Shown in pieces: positions 53,928 through 64,000 of a stretch of DNA of 64,000 nucleotides. Source of the DNA: Laetmonice hystrix. Its lineage: Eukaryota. The notes beneath the pieces were generated by a model, which saw only the letters and a list, made by a program, of their open reading frames with translations, searched no databases and was not told the DNA's origin. A program made the position numbers and the translations under genes. Each line of letters starts with the position of its first letter. Positions within the stretch are counted from its first letter, which is position 1. Where the stretch lies: the NCBI GenBank assembly GCA_965235115.1, contig OZ249437.1, positions 31,434,001-31,498,000 of the forward strand. The letters run 5' to 3'.

Positions 53928-54192
53928 CTGGCTAAGTGATTAGGCTCACTAAATGAAGAAGCAAGCCTGTGTAGCGGACGTTTACGAGCAGGAATAACCG
54001 ACTTGGTCAGGGAAGTAGCAAATGGTTCCTTGTGCCCTGTACCTGACCGTGGTGGCACGATGGTGCTGACGTTGTGTGGTGGTGGTGGTGGGGGTGATCT
54101 GGGGCCGGTGGTGGTGGGGGCGGCGGTGGTAGAGGGGAGGGCCCTCCTCCCGTTATATCCCCCCACAGCGCCAATCTGTCCAGGCCGTGCAC
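53928..54192 (-). CDS. Candidate internal coding exon, Pro/Thr/Ser-rich, product unknown
   Basis: The acceptor is ccacCTGACatttccAG|G with a branch-point-like CTGAC, and the donor is GCCAG|GTACGT. The 265 nt are open as phase 1 to phase 2: ARPGQIGAVGGYNGRRALPSTTAAPTTTGPRSPPPPPPHNVSTIVPPRSGTGHKEPFATSLTKSVIPARKRPLHRLASSFSEPNHLA. I recognise no homology, and CCA-rich tracts are common in this window. Confidence 0.3.
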
Positions 54193-56195
54193 CTGGAAAT
54201 GTCAGGTGGTTTGGCCGCAGGGCCTTTCTTCTCCAGACTCGCCCAAGTTACGAGCTGGAGACCTTTGAATTGGCATGATAGATATTTCCCGGTAGAGTTA
54301 TCGCTAAACGGCATACCACACAGCCCCTGTGGCCCCTCCTCCCTGCATGCAGTTTCTAACAGAAAGATAACACGTCAAGAAAACCAAATCCTGGATTAAT
54401 TATCAACATTATTTGCGATGTCAGCCTGAATCAGACCTGGACTGAGTCCGATAAGTCCAGCCGTAAAAAAAACACCAATTACTCACCCCACACTATATGG
54501 TTTTACGACTTCCTCGGTTTCTGGTAGTCACATATATTTGAGCTTAATTTATATTTCCCAAATAAAACCCACCACCGAGGAGCAAAATCGTTCATCACTT
54601 TGGGATGATCACTTAAATCTGAACTGAGCCAGGCACTTAATGATGCAAATATTAAAAGTTCTCTGAGAGGATCATCTTTACATCTGTAATTGACCTTGTG
54701 TTCTTCTGATTGTGGATTAAAACGCTTCCTCAGTAATTATCAAACAATGGGGTATTCAATGTCTGATGTAAAGATACTGTAGCGACAAATGTTGTGGAGT
54801 GAATTAATCGGCACTTTCATTCCTAAGTGTTTCAGTTGTCTCACTACTGATTGTAATGACCATGGTGTCTGTTAGATTCACTGGCTGTTGATCTCCAACT
54901 AAACCCCCAACCCCCCACCCCAGCCCGACCCCCCGCCAACTGGGCACTCCCCTTTGCCAAGGCATCTCAGGCAAACGTACCTGTTTGTTGGTGTTGGCCA
55001 CACCATCAGGGCTTTGCCTACAGATATATTTGTTTATCTTTCCTCCGATTCTCTTCATCAGTATACAAACAAACTATAAGCGAACTCCTCCTATTCTCCG
55101 ACCTCCACAGACAAAAGCCGGAGAGAGGATCCGTTCATATCGCACGTAAAACCTCCGTCAAGTTTAATTCCCTCACGTGTTAACCACATGATGATGGCTA
55201 TTCACTGACAGGCGCGGGTTGAGTGGTATTAAAACGGCCTGTAGCGCCCCGACAAGAACACATGCACTCGTCCCAGATGAGCTGAAAGGAGAAACTGGAG
55301 CCTTGCCATGAAAGTCGCATCAACAAACCTGGCGGAAGCGTCCGACATTTTCTCCTCCTCAAGCAGGCTGTGTTTACCTCCAGTCCATTGTTGGTGTTTA
55401 TACCTGGGCCCCTAATCTTCTTGTGAATGTTTAGTGTCTAGAGAGCTGTCTCAATGCCTTCCAGATTTGGCACCCTTTTCCCTCCAGCTTCCCCCGCCCC
55501 ATCGGTCTGGTCATAAGTTATATTTTGGGGGGAAGACAACCTGAGCGAAGTCTGAGAAATGAGAGCCTATATGTGGGATGTGACCCTCACCCTATCTCTC
55601 CTCCTCCCTCAGTCCAAGAAAACTGCCCGTTTCTCTCCAAATTATCCCCTCTACATATAACCCACTTGTCATCTCGCAATTTCCCAACGCTCATAAAAGC
55701 TCACTTGACAGGGCGTCCCAAATCATGTTTAACAAGACTTCAAAACATGAGGCAGATGTTGTTCCAAGAATAAATCTCAATCTCGATGGCGCATATACTT
55801 ACACAATACCTAACTCGTATTCACTCTGATCTTATCACACAAACATATGCAACACATAAATCAGTTTTTACAAAAGGAAGGTCTTCATGAACTCTGTCAT
55901 TTAAATGAGATATCTTTAGCTTGCCTTTTTCTCTCTATCTGGGCCCACATTCTTGGGAGTTATTTTCTGGGCCTCTTATTGGTGTGCTAGAAGACCCCGT
56001 GACTAGCATGGTTTATGCGACTTATTTTTAGGCGACCCGTTTTAAGTCCGTGGATTGCTGATGACAGTGTTCAGACTGGTTTCAAGAGGCAGTATTACCG
56101 ATATACCGAACTGTCCCCTGATCCTCCATGCGTCGGGCTTAACGGGGCATAAGTTTACCGATACCGACGTCGGTGGCCGACACCGATATCGGTTA

Positions 56196-56400
56196 TGCCC
56201 AACTCAGACAGCGGCCGATAGCGATATTACCGATACCGACTTTTTTTAACAATACATTATTTTATGTTGACAATTTACACATATATACCGATGCCGACCA
56301 CCACTTTGTAGCGGGTTATAGTATCTGTATAGCATTCACACTGTCACCGACGTTGGTGTCGGCGCCGTTATCGGTAGCTGCATGTATGTGTGAACGGGCA
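56196..56400. mobile_element. Probable PIF/Harbinger-type MITE remnant
   Basis: The left end is TTA|TGCCCAACTCAGAC and the right end reverse-complemented is TGCCCGTTCACAC, followed by TTA (56401-56403). This gives short imperfect TIRs and a TTA trinucleotide on both sides, the TWA TSD typical of Harbinger elements. Subterminal CCGAT/CCGAC motifs recur. The TIR match is short, so the call is inferential. Confidence 0.45.
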
Positions 56401-56765
56401 TTAACGTAATTTTGCAGCTTTTCACGAGCACGGCCATAACTGTCTGTAAAGCGGGCATATTGTGTACTTAAATTCACACCTACTGACACAAGAAGTAGTT
56501 ATTTTCTGTAATAAACTTAAACCAGAACACTTACGCCCCCGGACCAAAACTTTCCACGTGGGCCCTAATTCCAGCATCCCTCCCACCCACATTCATTATC
56601 GTCGACCACATACCTGTTTCGTAGTCTACCTACCGGCCGTCACCTCCCCCCCCCCCCCCCCCCCCTATAAAGAGGGTTGGGGTAAGAACAGCAGCAATTC
56701 CTGATCTACAATAATACACCCATCACCAAAACATCACCATCGCTGTAAAAACGACCCCATTGTAC

Positions 56766-57085
56766 GATTCCTATTACCGCGTTATTTCACGTGATAAACC
56801 CCCCCTCTAGACGTAGATAGTCGGCACGTGTCTGCAGCTCCTGACTTTTTCCTATTAACTGATTCCTATTACCGCGTTATTTCACGTGATAAACCCCTGC
56901 CACTCCTCTCCTAACACCTCCTCTAGACGTAGATAGTCGGCACGTGTGTCTGCACCTCCTGACTTTTTCCTATTAACTGATTCCTATTACCGCGTTATTT
57001 CACGTGATAAACCCCTGCCACTCCTCTCCTAACACTTCCTCTAGACGTAGATAGTCGGCACGTGCGTTTGCACCTCCTGACTTTC
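56766..57085. repeat. Tandem triplication of a ~95-118-bp unit with two CACGTG E-boxes per unit
   Basis: GATTCCTATTACCGCGTTATTTCACGTGATAAACCCC...CTCTAGACGTAGATAGTCGGCACGTG...CTCCTGACTTT starts at 56766, 56861 and 56979. Unit 1 lacks a ~21-bp internal segment present in units 2 and 3. Confidence 0.95.
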
Positions 57086-60000
57086 ACAGACATCACGGCC
57101 GAGGATGAAGCCATTTCAAAACATGATGGTTTTTCGTAATGTCAGACGGATTCAGTCGGCCCAGCCTGCACTTGTCTACGCACTTGTCGGGTTATCTTGT
57201 CAAGTTCCCTGTGTCAAACTTGATTGGTTGACAACATGTTTTGTCTAACACTAAGGGATATTTTATTACTGTCAAGTGAGTTTTTAGAAACATCTCCATA
57301 GCTTGTACGTAATGATATAGGTCCCATGGAGAAAAAAAGGCGAACATTTATGCAATCAAAATCTGTTTTTATTAGTTCCTGCTTTTCTAAAGAAAGAGGT
57401 CCGTCCAGATAAGGGTTTTTCTGCAGAACTGACACGGTGGATGGGGTGTTTTGTGTCATTTAAAACGCTTCTGTCTATTTCAGACATCACAACAAATTGA
57501 GATATTAAACCTTTTTTGCTGAGCTTACTGTTCCCGGTAAAGTACCATCTGCAAACGTTGCGATGTGCGCATCATTGCAATGAGATTACGTTCCCAATAA
57601 TCATATTGTACGTTGTTTTCTTTCCAGAAGTTAAAACCTTACAATCCCCTCGGCATTCCTAGGCCATGGCAAGGTGAGACGTCTCAAAATCACGACCCCC
57701 TAATTTACTGACTGTCTGTCTGTTATTGAGCGTGAGTGAGTCTGGGGCGTTTGTTCGACAAGGTCTGCCATCCGATTCCCCCACTAATAAACCCCTCGAG
57801 TCCCAACTAAACAGTTGTCTCCCGTATTCAGTCGTCTCCCTAGCCTAATGACACCGGCTCACCCTGACAATCTAACTGTTAGTCTCCGCTAAAACTAACA
57901 AGATCGGTCTGACAATGCCAACACTGTCCTTTTCAGAGTTGGACTCATTATACTGGGCTCGATATCTTGGAATCGCATCCCCTGTCGACATTAGGACGGG
58001 CACAGCCCTGTCTCTATATTATCAACATTTACATTTACTGGACATCGGCTGGACGTTAATACCTCAATACCATTCAGTGAACTTAATTTTCGCATACCTC
58101 TGCACATTTTCTTTCTTTACATTCCCTTCCGTCAGGTTCCATTTCAGAAGTGTAAGCGGAATGAAAAGACTACCAACATATGGTATACTTTACACATTCC
58201 TCATTACAGAGTTGTGGTGCGATGACGCGCGGGAATTCATAATAAATTCAAAGCACGTGGGAAGTCTTTATTTTAGCAAAGGCCAAGTTTGTATACGTAC
58301 TTGATGATAACGGTTAGCGGGTGCTCTCACTAGCCATAGCACACGCCTCTTGTTGATATAAGGGCGAGGGGTAGTTAGATTGGGGTGTAGGCCACTGTCT
58401 AAGGCCCGGGCTGAATCATAACAGGCAGTGCTTTATGACGTTTCCATCACTCAGCCAGTGAGGCACAGATAAATATGTATGTCAGAATGCGTGCTTATCG
58501 AGGTAGACAACCTAAACAACATCCTATTTTCTAAATCAGAAAACTTTTAGGTATTGTACATCACATTCTATGTGTCTGTACTGGTGGCGTGTTAAATCTA
58601 CATAATGTTTGGACTCTTTACTTATCGATCCTACTCGAGCAAGCTGGACAAATCTTTCTTAAGTTTTGTTTCTTGAATACTTGTGGTCCTGAACTTGAAT
58701 AATGCCATACAATATAGCAATGCCAGATTTAGCTCAGTAGTCTTAATAGAAGGGCCTAATGTATCAAAAACAGAGTACTTGACGCGACACGGTAAGTCAG
58801 ACGAGTAGCAGTTATTCTCTGACTATAGACCCTTACATCAGATTCTGTCGCCGGTCAGTCACGGTTATTTTACCCCCCGTTATGTTTGCAAAACTCGTAA
58901 CGACATGTCAAGGACTGCTTTCTCAGTTTCCCTAGGGGGGAGAAGCCCCCATGCTGGGTGGAAACTATGCCAACTGAGCCTAGAGAGCCGACAGAAAACG
59001 GGACAATTGTGTTGTGAACCAGGTGTAGTCCACTTAGGGCCAAATCTAGCCTGGCGATCGGTTCTGTAACGGTAGGACGGCCTCGACCTGTATACTACGC
59101 CGACTGCTCATGGGTGTCCTTCCGTGTAACGTAAACAAACAGAATATATACGTCAGGCAAATCATTACGATGTACTTAACAGAATGAGGCAATCCTTTCA
59201 AACATGTTTATATGATTATCTCATATAAACTCTCTATTTACCAATCTCATGCATTTCAATGTCAAGAGAAATGTGCAGAACCACAGAATCCTGAAGTCTG
59301 TCTTCAATACTAAACTAGTTATATGATATATTATACACTGAATGTATATGTAACTTAGACATGCACAATGCAGTCAAGCGGGGTTAGGCAGTTCTCGTAC
59401 TGACATGTCCTGTCGCTATGGTCAGGTTCACCCGACCCCCTGGAGTGAAGTCCCGCCTTGGTCAGTTTATTATGAAGTGCAAACCTTGTTAAAATACCAT
59501 GTTCTGTGCCCTCCGGTGAGTTCTGAACCCCAAACCTTACCGCCTCTCCACTCTGGACAATGACTTATGTTCAAGGCTGTTGGGACTATTTCTGGGACAT
59601 TTGCTACCTTGGGAACAAAAGTCTTAAGACTATTGAAAAGATTGGTTGGCTTGTCTATATGTGTTAGGTCCTTCCTCCTCATGAATAAAGCCAAAGGAGA
59701 ACTCTCCGATTAGTATAATAAATCTATAACATGAAGTTCCATGCTAAAGCCATACCCATATTTCTAGGATACTCGATTTTTTGGTTTATTCCGTAATTTG
59801 TTATTTTACATCAGACATAATCTCTCCTGGAGTTACAAACTATAGTCTGTATAACGTGATGTAACTACGCTGTTTGAACCGCATTTTGTTTTCCATGGCA
59901 GCACTGTCAAGTTGTTTGTTGCCTGTGACCAAAGATATCATTTGAAAGCGGAAACTAGACTTTTTACATTAACATGCATGGAATTAACGAGCTCTAAAAA

Positions 60001-62082
60001 TTCCCCATATTCATCTCGTGTCATTTTACAAATGGTGTTTTGTAATTTCAGGATCCATTTCCGATGACTTTGGTCGCTATGGTTTCCATGACAAAACTTG
60101 CGATACACACAACAGATAATTTGCCAAAGTATGATGAACTTTATTACTTGAAAATTCACTTAAATTCCAAGTGAATCTTCATGCCTATTACTAGGACCCT
60201 CACGACAGAAGCATATCCACAGAAGCGACTTCCGTGGATATTAAGACTATAGTTTGATCTGCCTTAGTGAAAAGTACTAGCCCTACTTGGGGTTCAAAAT
60301 TCAAGTATTAAAACGTCGTGTCAGCTGTATCTGTCATATTTCACCTGAGCTGTAATTTCCTTTGTTCACTTGTTTCACAAACTCAGACTACATCTACCTG
60401 AATCCACACGTTATTCCAATTACGGAGCGAAGTCAACTGTAAAACGATTGAAATCGATAAACTTGGAGAATGGATAAATAACTTGCCACTGTCACAAACT
60501 TGCACAAGTTATCAGGACAATAATACCCACTATCACAGCTAACACCTACTCCTGCATAAAGCTATGATAACATTTAAATGGAATTTCCATTCGACATTCT
60601 TAGAAGAGCAAACTATGGGAGGCACCGATTCCTTTACACAAGTCGTCGAGAATGCTGCCAGAATCAGAGAATCATATTCTGCTAATTGGGGCTGGGCTGC
60701 ACAATGAAAAACGCAGCCTGGGTGGTGCAGCATGAAAGAAGATAGCCTGGAAAGGACCTAATTGATATACCAGCTACAATGGTGGAGAAACCCCCAGCTG
60801 AGACTTCAACCAAGGTTTTCATTGCCCGCGTTGCTGTAATGAAACCAATTTAGCCTGCATATTCGACAGACTATAACCGGTGTCTGTGTCGGCTTCACGA
60901 TAATTTCATATTTAATGGCCGAGAAAAGGGAGGGGGTGGGTGCAAGACAACACGGCGGTGGCTTATTTTGCCTGATACCTATCAATATTACAACATTGTG
61001 GAGTGGGCTGAGGTCTGACAGGTGTCCGTGACGGGCAGTGTAATGTGACATGGACCATATCGAAGACGTTGGTTTCCTGGCAGCCATGCGTCACAAGCCC
61101 CCACACCCACCCACCCACCCTGAGCTGTGTGCTTCACTGACCCAGACACTCGCCACACCTGTACGGGGGACAACACTTCTTCTGTTCATCGTCTTCCTTG
61201 GTCGTAAACTAACAACAAGATACTGGCAGTCTGTAAATTACCAATTTACATACTGTAAACCTCCACCTGGCCGCGGCCATCATTTCCTGTTCCCCAGTCA
61301 ATGCTACTTTCCTCTGCCACATTTTCCAAGGGATCCGCCTATCAAACCTAGAGTCTTTGCTCTGTTCTTCACATATTCCAGTACTCAGGATTTTGTGAAA
61401 GGCAAGCTTCCACATTCCTCAGATCAGCACCTCACTCCTTTTTCCCTCGTGGATTCTCGGAAACTTTTTAATCTACATGGACTGATACACAGCTGCGAGC
61501 AAAACGTCGAAATCATGTAAGCAGTGAGGCCGAGTTAAATGAACAGGTTTCGCACTGCTAATGTTTATCTGTGGACACCAAGACTAGTATTAAACCAGTT
61601 AAGATACTTTCTGTATAAAGTATAAAACGGATGGAAATTATTGAAAACAAATTTGAGCAGCAGAGTTAGAAGCGGAGTGTAAGCACTTAGTCAGCACTGG
61701 GTCTGATGACTTTTTCCTGACATTCTTTGGAACAAAGATCCTCTTTACCTGTTTCATGAGTCTCTGCCCCAGCTGGTTCACGTGCGTGAGATATGACATG
61801 AGAATACTGTCAGTCTGAGATGTGATTCCACTGTGACTTGGATTTTAACATTGAATAAAAGCAACTAAAGAACCAGCGATATTACGGGGGTACATATCAT
61901 TATCATGATAAAACAGGCGTCTGAAAAAAAAACTGTATAAATGCTACCAAACATAATCCCAAGGATCCTGAATTATAAAACTGTTCTTTAATAAATACTA
62001 TTATTATTGCGATGCCCTCAAGTGTGTAAAAAGTTCTACTATTTTTCAGTGTTCTGTTATGCAAGGTTTAATCAACCTATAG

Positions 62083-62323
62083 GGTATATATTCCCCCATG
62101 ACGTTGGCCGGAGTTATAGGCACAGGGTGGTAATTCAGCGGCATTTAGTGCCTTCAGGTGACGCCCATGGATTCACAGGGAGTCCAAACAGGAAGATCCT
62201 GCAGGTATATATTCCCCCATGACGTTGGCCGGAGTTATAGGCACAGGGTGGTAATTCAGCGACATTTAGTTCCTTCAGGTGACGCCCACGGATTCACGGG
62301 GAGTCCAAACAGGAAGATCCTGC
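62083..62323. repeat. Tandem duplication, 120-bp copies x2 (period 121)
   Basis: GGTATATATTCCCCCATGACG...CAGGAAGATCCTGC occurs at 62083-62202 and 62204-62323, with 4 substitutions by manual alignment. Confidence 0.95.
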
Positions 62324-64000
62324 TATCGAATCTGTTTCTCTGCGAACATTGTTAGACAGTCATTGAAGAAAAAAACTTAACCGCAGAATTGCAGTACTTC
62401 GGGCCTTTTTTAAGTCTCAGCTGCTGTGAAATCTTTACCCTGGCCTTCCCAGTCAGTTTGAATGACGAGGTAAAGACTTACAATGCACTGGACGATTTAT
62501 GCATTTATATGCTATAAACATGTCGTCCTTTCCACAATTTCCCTACCTCAAGTGAACAGCTATTTTACCTATATCGGTAATTCACGGTCTGCGCCTCGGG
62601 TAAACCTTTCTAACTTCTTATGCGTCACTTGAATGTTCATTCCCCCAAGGTCGATACAAAATGACCCAGCAACGGTCTGTAATGCTTGTAACCTGTCCTC
62701 CATTTAAATAATCAATGTGGGCCACTGACAGCGCGGTGCCTATTCTGTGGTTTACAAAAAAACACCTTTAGACCAGCATTAGACGCAAAGTTGAACGTCC
62801 TGTGGTTAGTAGAGTCACAGGGGCATGCTCTAAACCAGGTTAGCACACCTTTACCCCGAGTCACTGTGACAAGAGGGGCCGCGGTGGGGAGGGGGTGTGT
62901 GGGGAGGGGAGGGAGTGGTAGGGTGGGGTCAGATATACTATTAGTCATTACCCAGCCCCCACCCACCCCTCATTTTCTGCATCCTGAACCCCCACTAAAG
63001 AAACACTTGGCACGAATCCCTTATACTTTCCGCTTTGTTCCTGCCACATACAGTTTGGGTAGATTTCAGCCGGGGTCCATTGTTCTTCCAGTGAACAGTG
63101 CCAGACCAGTTAGACCATTATTATCCCAGTTCTGGCACTGAGAAGGCTGCACGCCGGCCAGGACCCTCAGAAATCTAGGAAGCCTTCTCTGGCCGTATAA
63201 AGTGGCCCTGAGGTGACGCTTGACGTGTCGTATCGTCTAGGACCTTGGCTGCATGCGATACTCGGTGCCCAGTAGAGCTGAAAGTGTGTGAGAAGGTGAA
63301 CAAGGAAGGCCCTTCTCCGGCAAGGCTGGCTCTGTCCACATCCAGAGTGTTCTACCCACAACAAAGGCCGCGGCTACGCCAATAAACTATCACCTATTCA
63401 TAAGGTTTTTCAAACAAGACCTGTTCCAAGAAACCCCTGTAACAAAGCAACCCCTATTCATTAAATAACCCTAAAGCAATACTTTAAAAAATATATTCAA
63501 AGCCCCAAGGAAGTCACCTCTAGAAAGGTCCTACCAATTTCACAGCTTTGCCAACCATAAAAATAGTCCCAAATAAAACTGACATACATGTACTTTTGAA
63601 AAGTAATGTTAAACTTCCATTGTCTTTGCAGGCTCACTAGTCTTTTAATATAGACCTCAAGTAGCTCGTCTTTTCTTGGCAAACGCCCAATAATGATCAT
63701 GACACAACAATAGTTCTAATACACGGTTCCTTGGAAAGTCCCACTGTAATTATATTATGCTGACAAACAACAGTTGAGAACAGCTGATCAACAGTTAAAA
63801 AACTGTCCCCCTGATACACAACTGCACGGAAGGCCGGACACCGCCATTTGTCTCGAGAAGGCAATTGCTTGATGTTCTGGTTTAACCCACGGTTCATTGT
63901 TTGTATCAATCCGATTCGAAATTCACAGTCCCAACTGACAGCCTAACAAGTGTATGTTTTCTACATAAACAAGATTGGACAGACAATGTATGTTCAAATA

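Noticed and set aside
58960-58990. tRNA A-box-like GGCTCAGTTGG on the minus strand
   Set aside because: There is no B box or cloverleaf downstream.

Overview
This looks like AT/GC-balanced (roughly 45% GC by eye) eukaryotic, almost certainly animal, non-coding DNA: a large intron or intergenic region. It is not prokaryotic. I found no operons, no rRNA or true tRNA genes, no CRISPR array and no ORF with a recognisable protein domain. The best-supported element is an intact tRNA-derived SINE on the minus strand (24171-24436). It has A and B boxes, a V-domain-like core, an (ACCC)n tail and a perfect 12-bp target-site duplication, which points to a lophotrochozoan (probably mollusc-like) host by family resemblance only. 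There are six clear tandem arrays or duplications (55 bp x9, 37/35 bp x8, 40 bp x4, 44 bp x~18, ~118 bp x3, 121 bp x2), and three of them show higher-order structure. I also see a probable PIF/Harbinger-type MITE remnant and a few weak minus-strand exon candidates. The unexplained signals are a roughly 2.5-3-fold excess of CACCTG/CAGGTG by hand count, homotypic motif clusters (CACGTG x6, TGACACCTG x3, TGTCA x5), CTCF- and YY1-like motifs in CpG-rich patches, and many long G/C tracts. Together these suggest a regulatory landscape. I did not find a convincing novel biological system, and the speculative items are flagged as such.
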